64,000 nt of DNA from Candidatus Latescibacterota bacterium (GTDB lineage: Bacteria > Latescibacterota > UBA2968 > UBA8231), in the NCBI GenBank assembly GCA_965242865.1, contig CBDETK010000013.1:4768001-4832000 (forward strand), read 5' to 3'. Below the pieces are notes generated by a model, which saw nothing but the letters and a program-made list of their open reading frames with translations, searched no databases and was not told the DNA's origin. The position numbers were made by a program, and so were the translations under genes. This document shows positions 28,026 through 39,385 of the stretch, one piece after another. Positions within the stretch are counted from its first letter, which is position 1. Each line of letters opens with the position of its first letter.

Positions 28026-28313
28026 ATGTCTCGCTTTGTCGTGTGCTACGATGTGGCCAACAGCACCCGCCGCTACAAGGTGGCCGCCTGCTTGGATGGG
28101 TATGGCGACCGCGTGCAGGACAGCGTATTCGAGCTGCCAGTCAATCGCCTCCTCTTGGATCAATGCCTAGCCGAGGTCGTTGGCCTAATCAATGCGGCTG
28201 AGGACAGTGTGATCATCTATCGGCTCTGCGCGGCCTGCGAGAAAGAGCGGGTCTATTTGGGCGTGGGCGAACAAGGCGCCCATATTGGCGAGGAGGATGT
28301 ATTCATCGCATGA
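28026..28313 (+). CDS. cas2: CRISPR-associated Cas2
   Basis: VVCYDV, YGDRVQDSVFE, EDSVIIY. Confidence 0.95.
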   Translation: MSRFVVCYDVANSTRRYKVAACLDGYGDRVQDSVFELPVNRLLLDQCLAEVVGLINAAEDSVIIYRLCAACEKERVYLGVGEQGAHIGEEDVFIA

Positions 28314-28506
28314 ACAGTCGTAACCTCGGATGGCCCGTCTATTTCCTCGGAGTTACGAATTTGGCTAACCGATTGAAATTTCTGCAATTCGGTATCATCA
28401 GCCGGATCGAAGACCGCCGTGATAGGCGTTGTTCGTCGCGCTGGCCACTCGATTACGAAAAGTGTTCCCGTAACCTCTTGCAAGACAAGGAGAACTATGG
28501 CATACT
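28314..28506 (+). promoter_or_regulatory. Probable CRISPR leader
   Basis: Relatively AT-rich segment between cas2 and the first repeat. Confidence 0.7.
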
Positions 28507-31500
28507 ATTTGAAGTGTTGACCCGATTTCTAGGGGATTGAAACTCAATGAAAAAGTAATGCACCAAAGAGCAACGGTATTCAGATTTGAAGTGTTGACCC
28601 GATTTCTAGGGGATTGAAACTGCTCGCCATCGACCAAGACGGCGGACAACCCGAAGCGATTATTTGAAGTGTTGACCCGATTTCTAGGGGATTGAAACTC
28701 ATGGGGGCGTTGATGGGGGATGGGATTTAATGGATACGCATTTGAAGTGTTGACCCGATTTCTAGGGGATTGAAACGAAGAGAGGCATGACGCACCCAAA
28801 GAGGCAGAGCTAGCCCATTTGAAGTGTTGACCCGATTTCTAGGGGATTGAAACGGGTGTGATTGGATTTTGCTTGCCGCGCCGCGCCTTGACAATTTGAA
28901 GTGTTGACCCGATTTCTAGGGGATTGAAACTATCCGCATCGCGGATTGGCACATTCAAATTCGCAACATTTGAAGTGTTGACCCGATTTCTAGGGGATTG
29001 AAACCGGTGGGCGACTTCGACCGCGCGGCTGAGGAGATGCTCGAATTTGAAGTGTTGACCCGATTTCTAGGGGATTGAAACAAATATGCACTTGACGCTC
29101 TAAATCAAATGCCGCGCACAAATTTGAAGTGTTGACCCGATTTCTAGGGGATTGAAACGAAAAGGCAAAAACCGCTTGACCAACGTGAGAGGGTTGTTAT
29201 TTGAAGTGTTGACCCGATTTCTAGGGGATTGAAACCCCTTTTTTTTAACGTATTGCGGGGCAATCGTTTATGCCATATTTGAAGTGTTGACCCGATTTCT
29301 AGGGGATTGAAACAACACGCCGCCGCGCCCCAAACTCCGAAGTCCTTAGGATTTGAAGTGTTGACCCGATTTCTAGGGGATTGAAACCCGGCACCACCAT
29401 CAGCGTAGTGGTGCTCATTGGCCTTAATTTGAAGTGTTGACCCGATTTCTAGGGGATTGAAACGGCTGCGCCCGCATTTTTGCGATCAATTCTTTGTGCG
29501 TCATCATTTGAAGTGTTGACCCGATTTCTAGGGGATTGAAACTAAGGGAGGGGTTATCCAGCAGTAAGGAACCAGCGTCGAATTTGAAGTGTTGACCCGA
29601 TTTCTAGGGGATTGAAACGGTTCATCTCCCCCTTGCGCGCCATCCTCACGGGTTTGCTATTTGAAGTGTTGACCCGATTTCTAGGGGATTGAAACCTTAA
29701 CGTAGTGGCTCGCCGTCTGGTCCAAGTGGACATAATTTGAAGTGTTGACCCGATTTCTAGGGGATTGAAACGGTCCACGCCAGCAGACTGGGCTTCCACG
29801 CTGGCGGCGCAATTTGAAGTGTTGACCCGATTTCTAGGGGATTGAAACTGTTCATCCTCCGCACCGTCCGCGACGCGCGGAGCGCGACATTTGAAGTGTT
29901 GACCCGATTTCTAGGGGATTGAAACGGCCCTATTTTTGTGCTGTTGACTTACACTCTTTAGTGTAATTTGAAGTGTTGACCCGATTTCTAGGGGATTGAA
30001 ACCGGCGGATCAGTGGCGGCCACCGTTGGTTACATCGTGGTATTTGAAGTGTTGACCCGATTTCTAGGGGATTGAAACATAGACGCCGGCCCGACACGCG
30101 CACACGGAGAATTGAGATTTGAAGTGTTGACCCGATTTCTAGGGGATTGAAACATGATGAGAGCAAAGCCGCCCCCGAGCGCGAGTACCATTTGAAGTGT
30201 TGACCCGATTTCTAGGGGATTGAAACCACAAACAAGCCCTTCGGGCTTGTCTCCAGCCCTGTTGTTATTTGAAGTGTTGACCCGATTTCTAGGGGATTGA
30301 AACATACTTTCAAAGTTTCCTGCCTTGAAATTCTGAGCGTGGTATTTGAAGTGTTGACCCGATTTCTAGGGGATTGAAACTCGAATACCTTGAATGCGAT
30401 GACGGCCATGACGAGAGATTTGAAGTGTTGACCCGATTTCTAGGGGATTGAAACTTTCTCAGATTCATGGAGTGACGCTTCGAATGTGCTATTTGAAGTG
30501 TTGACCCGATTTCTAGGGGATTGAAACAAGGAGCGGTTCCCGTGGAGCAAAGCCCTTTCTCAGAACCATTTGAAGTGTTGACCCGATTTCTAGGGGATTG
30601 AAACCGAGGAGCTGCTGGGGGCGAAATTGATTTAAATACGCATTTGAAGTGTTGACCCGATTTCTAGGGGATTGAAACGACGTATATGATGGCCGAGTTG
30701 GCGCACCGTGTGGTCGAGCGTGGCGGCATTTGAAGTGTTGACCCGATTTCTAGGGGATTGAAACCCCGATCAGCGCATGGCTATCCGCATCCTGCATCCA
30801 AATTTGAAGTGTTGACCCGATTTCTAGGGGATTGAAACATAGATCCGCCGGCCGCGGCGATAATGGGTGATCGGCTCCATTTGAAGTGTTGACCCGATTT
30901 CTAGGGGATTGAAACATCCCGATGGATGATGGCTATCTGCGATTCGGGGATGCGATTTGAAGTGTTGACCCGATTTCTAGGGGATTGAAACCCACACGTT
31001 CCCGATAGCGATCTCCGCAGCACCGCTGTTGTATTTGAAGTGTTGACCCGATTTCTAGGGGATTGAAACATCTGGTTGCCCATAAGCATAATCAGACTCG
31101 CAGCCGACATTTGAAGTGTTGACCCGATTTCTAGGGGATTGAAACCGTGTGAGTGTGAGTGGGTTATTCAAAGCATCGATATTTGTTATTTGAAGTGTTG
31201 ACCCGATTTCTAGGGGATTGAAACTGGGCTTTAGGCCGGATGAGGCGAGGCCATCGGACGACATTTGAAGTGTTGACCCGATTTCTAGGGGATTGAAACT
31301 CGCCCTTTGGTTTGCCGCCACGCCCGCCAGCGCGGTCAACCCATTTGAAGTGTTGACCCGATTTCTAGGGGATTGAAACGGTCGCAGTGCTGTTCTCGCC
31401 AGCGATCCATCGGTTCACATTTGAAGTGTTGACCCGATTTCTAGGGGATTGAAACCGGACGAACACGACGACCTGATCGAGATAGCCGCCCGCTGTCTGG

Positions 31501-32849
31501 TCAATTTGAAGTGTTGACCCGATTTCTAGGGGATTGAAACCGGGACAGGTCGTCGGCGGCAAACTGTCGCCGCAAGTAGAATTTGAAGTGTTGACCCGAT
31601 TTCTAGGGGATTGAAACACAGATGCTGAGAGCCGTTGCAGCCAACTAATCGACATTCGATTTGAAGTGTTGACCCGATTTCTAGGGGATTGAAACCACCG
31701 CCTGTGCGCCTTGTGGAACGATGCGGGCCCGTGGGATTTGAAGTGTTGACCCGATTTCTAGGGGATTGAAACTCGGTCGATCCCGAAACCTACGGCAAAC
31801 TACAGCCGTACATTTGAAGTGTTGACCCGATTTCTAGGGGATTGAAACTTCGAGCACCCATCTTTGTCCATTCGATCTTCTGCACTTCATTTGAAGTGTT
31901 GACCCGATTTCTAGGGGATTGAAACTGGGCGATCCGATAGACCCCACCAACACAAACTCCTCTGAAAATTTGAAGTGTTGACCCGATTTCTAGGGGATTG
32001 AAACCAGCGGCCGGCCGGATGGGCGAATGTGCTCGCTGCTAGACATTTGAAGTGTTGACCCGATTTCTAGGGGATTGAAACTGCATTTCTTCAATCCGCC
32101 GCGCTACATGAAGTTGGTCGATTTGAAGTGTTGACCCGATTTCTAGGGGATTGAAACCGCGATCGGTGCTTGGGACAACGGCGCGCTCTTGGCCGCATTT
32201 GAAGTGTTGACCCGATTTCTAGGGGATTGAAACGCGTCACCCCGTCCGCATCCCGCGCCGGTGCGCGTTTGATTTGAAGTGTTGACCCGATTTCTAGGGG
32301 ATTGAAACATGTGGACCCGGGCAGCGACAGGGTCATTCACGGGCAGGGATTTGAAGTGTTGACCCGATTTCTAGGGGATTGAAACTTGAAGTGCGTGCGG
32401 CAAATCAGGCCGCCCGGGTGCTCTAATTTGAAGTGTTGACCCGATTTCTAGGGGATTGAAACACCCTGCATGGCGCGTGGAAACGAGGGGAACAATTCAC
32501 GGATTTGAAGTGTTGACCCGATTTCTAGGGGATTGAAACCGCGCCAAAAGCGTCTTCAATCCGCTGCAAGTTCGTCTCAAATTTGAAGTGTTGACCCGAT
32601 TTCTAGGGGATTGAAACCCGATAACCCATCCGACAACATCGCCAACACAAACGGATAAATTTGAAGTGTTGACCCGATTTCTAGGGGATTGAAACCCGAC
32701 CGCGACCCTTACTGGGCAGCAAAACCGCCATCTGCATTTGAAGTGTTGACCCGATTTCTAGGGGATTGAAACCGAACCAACTACGCATCCTCGAATCGAA
32801 ATCGGAAAATCCATTTGAAGTGTTGACCCGATTTCTAGGGGATTGAAAC
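28507..32849 (+). CRISPR. CRISPR array: 57 repeats of 37 bp and 56 spacers (about 36-49 nt), manual count
   Basis: Identical repeats ATTTGAAGTGTTGACCCGATTTCTAGGGGATTGAAAC; the ATTGAAAC 3' tag sets + orientation. Confidence 0.99.
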
Positions 32850-33460
32850 GATTAGGGGGCGAACGCCTCGCTCAACACCTGTTCGGCGACGATGCCTTGA
32901 CCTTGCTCGCAGAGAATGGCGGCGACACCCACTGGCGTCTGATCCACCTCGAAGCAACCCTCGCTATTGAGCGCGGCGATCCAGTGCTGCTGCCGCCCGG
33001 CCAAACGTGGGGCCAAGCCCTGACCGAGGCTCTCACCGCCGCGCTCGCCGCTCTCAAAGAGCCCCTCGGCGACGACATGCGCCAATGGCGTTGGGGCCGC
33101 TTGCATCGCACCCAACCCCAACATCCGCTCTTCGCGCTTTTCCCGGAGGCCGCTTCCTTCCTCGACCCCCCTTCGCTCCCGGTCCACGGCGATGGCGACA
33201 CGCCCCTCGCCGGCAGCTACGCCTTTGACGACTTCGCGGTTACGGGTCTTTCGGTCAACCGCTATGTCTTCGATCCCCCCGACTGGACCCGCTCGCGCTG
33301 GATCGCACCGCTGGGGGCCTCTGGCCACCCGGCCAGCCCGCATTACGCCGACCAAGCCCGGCTTTGGGCCGATGTGGAGTTTATACCTCAGTTGTGGGAT
33401 TGGCAGGAGATTGGCGACCGGACGGAGACGACGCAGTTCCTAGGGCCGCCGGAGAGGTAG
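32850..33460 (+). pseudogene. C-terminal fragment of a penicillin acylase family gene
   Basis: WRWGRLH, GDGDTP, GASGHPASPHYADQARLW; the N-terminus is missing at the array edge. Confidence 0.85.
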
Positions 33461-33470
33461 TCCTAGCACT

Positions 33471-34093
33471 TTCAGACCCATCTTCACACTAGGTGAACAG
33501 ACGCTCCTCATGCTGTTAAGCAGAGGAGATACATACGAAGTCACAAGGGCTTTCCGCTTTGCCCCGCGCCCTGTGCTGCGCCATAGCTTGTCCCGCGTAT
33601 CCACATCCACGAAAATGCCCTCGTCCTCAACGGGCACTTCCACAATATGGACTGGGTTTTTTGCTAAGACCGGCCGCGCTCCTCGGTCGCCCGTCAACGC
33701 GAGCAAGGCGGCTCGATAGACCCGGCCGATGGCCACGGGGTGGCCGCGTCGTCCAGCACACATCGGCACGGAGATCGCGCGTCTGCTTTTTAACGCCCCG
33801 GCGACCTTTTCCATCGTCTCCCCAGCGACCTGCGGCATATCCCCCAGTGCCAACAGATACCCTTGCTCGCCGGCGGCTGCTTCCACGCCCACTCTGATAG
33901 AGGCGGCCATCCCCGCGGCAAAATCTGGATTGTGTGCCAGCCGCACGGGGATCTGGTGACCTCAGTAGAGCAGACGAGTTGGGGTCGAATTAAAGCATCT
34001 CTTGGTCGTCGCTCTATACCAGCAAGCAGGGCCTATAAAGGCCGTTAGTAGAGGCTTCAAGCGGTTGGGATCGCGCCTCTAGTCAACACTCAT
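33471..34093. other. Mosaic of duplicated fragments of downstream genes
   Basis: 33471-33557 ~ 35484-35570; ~33578-33950 ~ 38707-39078; ~33952-34093 ~ 34995-35154. Confidence 0.85.
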
Positions 34094-34113
34094 ATCAGCG
34101 TTTTCTCGAAAAA

Positions 34114-34164
34114 ATCAGGTGATCACCTGATAAGAATCGGCGAAAAATCAGGTATTTACCCGAT
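34114..34164. promoter_or_regulatory. Two tandem 18-bp palindromic operator-like sites
   Basis: ATCAGGTGATCACCTGAT (perfect palindrome) and ATCAGGTATTTACCCGAT, 33 bp apart, upstream of a secreted-protein gene. Confidence 0.55.
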
Positions 34165-34239
34165 ACAAAAGCCGGGCGGTGGTCGCTATCTTTGTAACAA
34201 AGGGGATGTAACGAGGTATCTTGATCATATGCTTAGGCC

Positions 34240-35064
34240 ATGAGGAGTCAGAAAATGGTACTTAAATGGATCGCATTGGGAGCCTTAGTTACAGGTAGTA
34301 TGGGCACTGCCCACGCCGAGGAAGGCGATTTCTTTCCGTTAGAAGTAGGCAACCGTTGGATATTTCAGAAATATAACTCAAACATAAAATACCCAGAAAT
34401 CGTCCGCCTTGAGGAGACTGCCTCAACGGAGGTAATTGGCCAAGTTCAGTTGAAGGATCAGTCGTATTTCGTCGTGCGACAGGACTGGAGTTGGCTTCTA
34501 CTTGATACGCTCTATCTGCGAGAAGCAGGAGCTCAAGTCTTTCGCTACATAGAGCAGCCAGACACCGTAGCGTTTGGTAGCCTAGCACAGAATTGGGACA
34601 GACCGGACCCGCACCCGCTGCACCCGCTAGACCCCAATCAGACGGATTGGTTGATGTATGACTTTGGGGCATCTCAAGGAACTTTTTGGGACTTACCTCT
34701 ACCAGAAGACACTCCTTTGTCATACGTGAATATATGGTGGGTACTCGTCAATGCCCGTTGGCCGGGCGATACCGATCCGCCGAATTCGGGGTGCTGTTGG
34801 AATATTCCTTTTCAATTAGCACCCTCTCAGAGGTTTTTTCGCTTTTCAGCAACGTCCTTTGCGGCGGAATGGGATGAAGTATTTGAGGTCGGGATAGGAC
34901 CGGTCTATATCACGCATCTTACAGATGAGACTGAGAGTTGGGACTTTGGCCTTCTCAAAGAAGCTCATATAGGCGGTCAAACCATCATAAGGGCTCTGGC
35001 GACCTCAGTAGAACAGACGAGTTGGGGTCAGGTTAAGACGTCTTTCGAGGGGAGGGTTAGGTGA
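34240..35064 (+). CDS. Secreted hypothetical protein
   Basis: Signal peptide (..AHA-EE), FFPLEVGNRW, C-terminal TSVEQTSWGQVK. Confidence 0.8.
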   Translation: MRSQKMVLKWIALGALVTGSMGTAHAEEGDFFPLEVGNRWIFQKYNSNIKYPEIVRLEETASTEVIGQVQLKDQSYFVVRQDWSWLLLDTLYLREAGAQVFRYIEQPDTVAFGSLAQNWDRPDPHPLHPLDPNQTDWLMYDFGASQGTFWDLPLPEDTPLSYVNIWWVLVNARWPGDTDPPNSGCCWNIPFQLAPSQRFFRFSATSFAAEWDEVFEVGIGPVYITHLTDETESWDFGLLKEAHIGGQTIIRALATSVEQTSWGQVKTSFEGRVR

Positions 35065-35173
35065 TCGCTCCACGTCAGCCTAGCGGCCTATAAAGGCCGT
35101 TAGTAGAGGCTTCGAGCGGTTGGGAATCGTTCCGCGCCGCTAGTCAACACTCATCACCTATAAGGAGAAGAAA

Positions 35174-36863
35174 ATGAAACGGCAAATGCAGTTGATCATA
35201 GTGACCCTTCTTATATTAGTAGGGTCAGTGCCTCGTTTTGCTGAGACCTATGAACCTCAGCCCATTGAGACCATGATCGAGGAATCCGATCTCGTCGTGA
35301 TCGGCATGGTAGAGAAAACGTCTGTCTATGAAAATGAAAAAGGAGACGTTAGAAGGAAAACGACGATAAGCATTAAAGAGGGTCATCAAGGGTGGAGATA
35401 AAGACAGCGGTGAAACCATCGTCGTGGACCACCTTGAAGGGACCCCAGGATCAAAGGGCGGAGCAGTCGAGCAGTACTCCTACTTCAGACCCATCTTCAC
35501 ACTAGGTGAACAGACTCTCCTCATGCTGTTAAGTAGAGGAGATACATACGAAGTCACAGGGGCTTTCCGCGGTAAAATCGATATAACCGGAGATAAGGTA
35601 GAGGGAATCGATACTAATCTTACCGCCTTCAAAGAAGCCATAAAACGAGTCGATAGGAAGGAGGTCTCGCAGTTGGAAGTCGAGCTGGTTCCTATTGAGT
35701 ACCAGTTGGATAAGGTCCGTGCAGCAAGTGGAAAGCGTGCTGCGAAAGCCACCTCTGTAAGAGGGCTTCACTTGAATGGCCGATTTAATGCTCAGGTAAG
35801 GTCTCGCCATCACCCGCCACCTCTTACCATTACCTTCCACATCAATCCAGATGGTGCTATAGATGGAAATGGCAATCCGATCCCATTCAGTGACTTGAAA
35901 ACAGCCATGGATGCCTGTGTCGCCGAGTGGAATAGCATTGAAGATGGCCATATTAGGTTTCGAGTAGCCAGTACTTCGACCAACAGAAGGCGCAATCGAT
36001 CTGATTCGTGGAGTACGGTGACGTTTGAAGCTTTCGGGAGGCCAGGAGGTACCGCAGCTTACGCAAGTTATCCGCGAGTAATCGGTGGAGTGGTTGTCTC
36101 GGATATCTACCTCAGTACGCGCTACACTTGGACTACGTCTGCGACGTATCCAAGATCAAGTTCTTGGACCGTAGCTCAGCCCAAAGATTTCAGGGATGTG
36201 ATGACCCACGAGCTAGGTCATTCTACGGGGCTTGGACATAGCGATCGGACATACCGTAATAACACCATGTACTACACCTCGGTCAGAACGGCAACAAAGC
36301 GCCGTACGCTAGCATGGGGGGACAAGGCTGGCGGCGTCTATATGACTACATCACCCGGTAGAGCTGGAGACGGCGTTTTAGATTTTAACCAAGATTGGTC
36401 CGCCTTCACCGGTAGCAGCGAAGCAATCACCCTACACCAAGATATAACCGTTCCCTCGGGGAGAACGCTAACCATAGAGTCAGGTCTCTCCATCAATATG
36501 AATGGATATACGATCACATCTACAGGGGGCACAATTAACGGGAGAGTACCTGCCAAATCCGTAACTGTAACCAGTCCGCCCGCCGACCCAGCTACCCTAA
36601 GTGTTGCGCCCAATCCCTTTAACCCTTCTACAACCATTCGATTTAATCTCCCCCAGCCGATGGCGGTCTCCCTCTCGGTCTACGATCTGTTGGGGCAGCG
36701 AATCCGGACGCTTATTTCTAGCGAATATCGCCGAGCAGGGAATTACTCTGCGGTGTGGAACGGACGCGATCTATTGGGGCAACGGGCCGCATCGGGAGTC
36801 TATTTTATCAATCTTCATGCCGGTAAGCAACTATATCGAGAAAAACTGACTTTAGTGCATTGA
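35174..36863 (+). pseudogene. Secreted matrixin-like zinc metalloprotease with FlgD/T9SS-like C-terminal domain, frameshifted near 35380
   Basis: Signal peptide in 35174-35401; HELGHSTGLGH zinc motif, Met-turn, PNPFNPSTTI tail in 35424-36863. Confidence 0.8.
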
Positions 36864-36893
36864 ACTCAGGGCGTGGGGGAGGAGGGTGGCTTC

Positions 36894-37541
36894 TTAGAGC
36901 GGCTCGTCCTCCTCCATCAGTCCTTCTCTGATCGCGTACGCTGTCAATGCGGTCGCACTGTGCAAGTCGAGCTTATCCATTATGTGCTGGCGATGAGTGC
37001 TGATGGTCTTTTCACTCACGTGGAGTGCCTCGGCTATTTGCGCGGTTGTCTTTCCTTCGGCGACGCAGCGCAGCACCATGCGCTCGCGTGCCGTCAAGGG
37101 AGACGGTTTGCTGGGAATGGTAGCGTTATGTGCGTGACTGGCGACGATGGGGTTGGTCAATTGCGAACTCACGTACTCGCGGCCGGCCTGGACCTCCCAT
37201 AGTGCTTCTACCAACTCGTTGACGAAATTCGTTTTCAGCAGGTACGCCGATCCACCCGCCTCGAATAGGCCGTCCACAAAACGCTTGTCCGCGTGTTCCG
37301 ACAGCGCGACGAACTTCATACGCGGATACGTAGCCCGTATCTGGCGCGCCACCTCGATGCCGCTCAGATCGGGTAGCCCTATGTCCACGATCACAATGTC
37401 GGGTTGATAGGCAGCGATCAAGTCGATGGCCGTGCGACCATCGGCAGCCTCGCCGATTACCTCGATCCCGCTTTCTCGTTCGAGCTGCGCGTACAATACT
37501 TGGCGCACTATAGTGTGGTCTTCCACCAGAAAAACCTTCAT
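36894..37541 (-). CDS. NarL/LuxR family response regulator
   Basis: VEDH, DIGLP receiver; LTARE..EKTISTHR HTH. Confidence 0.95.
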   Translation of the reverse strand: MKVFLVEDHTIVRQVLYAQLERESGIEVIGEAADGRTAIDLIAAYQPDIVIVDIGLPDLSGIEVARQIRATYPRMKFVALSEHADKRFVDGLFEAGGSAYLLKTNFVNELVEALWEVQAGREYVSSQLTNPIVASHAHNATIPSKPSPLTARERMVLRCVAEGKTTAQIAEALHVSEKTISTHRQHIMDKLDLHSATALTAYAIREGLMEEDEPL

Positions 37542-38611
37542 GAGGAATGGCCCTCCTCTTCAGCCAAGGTACTCGGAAGCGTTATCAGGCAGCGCGTGCC
37601 TTTTCCGGGCGTCGATTCGATCGTCAAATGACCACCGATATGGAGCAGATGCTCTTGAATACTGAACAGACCGAAGTGATTGCCTTGGATCATCTGGTCC
37701 AGATGCGCGACATTAAAGCCCGCGCCCGCGTCTTCCACCACCACCTGCAACTGGTCTCCAGCTCGACGTAGGGAAACGGTGGCTTGGTCTGTGTTGGCGT
37801 GCCGGGCGACATTGACCAGTAACTCGCGAATGGACCTGTACACTAAGCCGCGTATGTCGTGGCTGTGTATTTCCCATTTATCCTCGACTTCCACGCGCAC
37901 GGTCAACCCGTTCTGGGAATGGATGAGGTCGCCGAGAGCCTCTAGGCCTGGTGCGAACCCTATGCCGTAGAGCACGGGCGAACTGCTGTCGAATGTCATG
38001 CCCCGGATGATGTGAGCCATCTCGTCAATTTTTTTCTCTAATGCATCAATCAAGGCTTCGCGCTCTGTGTCGTCAGCCTGCCGTAGTGCAGCGATATTGA
38101 CCTTCGACAGCACCAGCATCTGTCCGATGGAATCGTGGAGAGCACTCCCAAGGCACACCCGCTCGTGCTCTCTGTCGATTAAGAGCTTGGCCGCCAGCGT
38201 CTGCAACTTCTGGATATGTCTCTCCATGCGCTTGTGCTGGCTGATTTTGCGGATAACGCCTTGATAGTATATGGGGGTGCCGTCCGCGGCTCGCCAAATT
38301 GAGGCCGTTATTAGCGAATCGAAGTGGTGCCCGGTGCGGGTTCTAAACGTCGCGGCAAAGTCGCGCACGAACTCTTCCCGCTCAATCGCTTCCCGAAATC
38401 GCTCGTACTCGTCTAGACTTGTGCAGAGGCTGCGGATGTTCGATCCGAGCAAACCGGCGCGTTCGTAGGCAAACAGGACGTTGGCGGCCTTGTTGGCATC
38501 GACGATGGTCCCGTCCTGCTCGGCGATGACGAGAGCGTCGGGAGACGCTTCAAACAGGCCGCGATAGAGGGCCGGGGCGCGTCTCATTTTCTTTAGCTTG
38601 GGCTTGCACAT
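37538..38611 (-). CDS. PAS-domain sensor histidine kinase (HisKA_3 type)
   Basis: LHDSIGQ, ELLVNVARHA, DAGAGF, GKGT. Confidence 0.92.
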   Translation of the reverse strand: MCKPKLKKMRRAPALYRGLFEASPDALVIAEQDGTIVDANKAANVLFAYERAGLLGSNIRSLCTSLDEYERFREAIEREEFVRDFAATFRTRTGHHFDSLITASIWRAADGTPIYYQGVIRKISQHKRMERHIQKLQTLAAKLLIDREHERVCLGSALHDSIGQMLVLSKVNIAALRQADDTEREALIDALEKKIDEMAHIIRGMTFDSSSPVLYGIGFAPGLEALGDLIHSQNGLTVRVEVEDKWEIHSHDIRGLVYRSIRELLVNVARHANTDQATVSLRRAGDQLQVVVEDAGAGFNVAHLDQMIQGNHFGLFSIQEHLLHIGGHLTIESTPGKGTRCLITLPSTLAEEEGHSS

Positions 38612-38669
38612 AGATGCTCCTTTTATGAATTCGAGTGTCCTGCTGCTAGTCCCGCTAGCTGCTTCAAAA

Positions 38670-39284
38670 CTATGTCGGTGCTTCTTCCGCCGCCAACTCT
38701 TGCGCCGCGCCATAGCTTTCCCGCGTATCCACATCCACGAAAATGCCCTCGTCCTCAACGGGCACTTCCACAATATGGGCTGGGTTTTTTGCTAAGACCG
38801 GCCGCGCTCCTCGGTCGCCCGTCAACGCGAGCAAGGCGTCTCGATAGGCCCGGCCCATGGCCACGGGGTGGCCGCGTCGTCCAGCACACACCGGCACGGC
38901 GATCGCGCGTCTGTTTTTTAACGCCCCGGCGACCTTTTCCATCGTCCCCCCAGCGACCTGTGGCATATCCCCCAGCGCCACCAGATACCCTGTCTCGCCA
39001 GCGGTCGCTTCCACGCCCACTCTGATAGAGGCGGCCATCCCCTCGGCAAAATCTGGATTGTGTGCCAGCCGCACGGGGTAGCGGCTCAATGCTTCCTCGA
39101 CCGCTGCCCGCTGATGCCCGGTCACCACGACCACCTCCCCCAAACCCACCGCGCAAATTCGCTCCACCACGACTTGGAGGACGCATCGCTTCAGCCAAGG
39201 CAGCAGCAACTTATTGGCCCCCTCCATCCGCGCGGAACGCCCGGCCGCCAGTACGATCCCGCTAAGGTCTGGGAATTTGGTCAT
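38670..39284 (-). CDS. MocA/MobA-like nucleotidyltransferase
   Basis: LAAGRSARM, GMAASI, LGDMP, RRGHP, DVDT; next to a molybdenum hydroxylase. Confidence 0.9.
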   Translation of the reverse strand: MTKFPDLSGIVLAAGRSARMEGANKLLLPWLKRCVLQVVVERICAVGLGEVVVVTGHQRAAVEEALSRYPVRLAHNPDFAEGMAASIRVGVEATAGETGYLVALGDMPQVAGGTMEKVAGALKNRRAIAVPVCAGRRGHPVAMGRAYRDALLALTGDRGARPVLAKNPAHIVEVPVEDEGIFVDVDTRESYGAAQELAAEEAPT

Positions 39285-39385
39285 CCCAAATTGGCCCGGC
39301 CGGCTGTTCAATTGACAAGGATAGACAGAATTTTTTAATATCCATCGCGTCATCCGCTTCTGGCCCTCAACCACAGCATCGGCCC

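Noticed and set aside
30765-30954. Spacers 30 and 32 share cccgat...atggctatc
   Set aside because: The match is too short and gapped to claim a common target without a database search.
28398-32843. Many short ORFs on the - strand containing FQSPRNRVNTSN / FNPLEIGSTLQI
   Set aside because: These are translations of CRISPR repeats, not genes.
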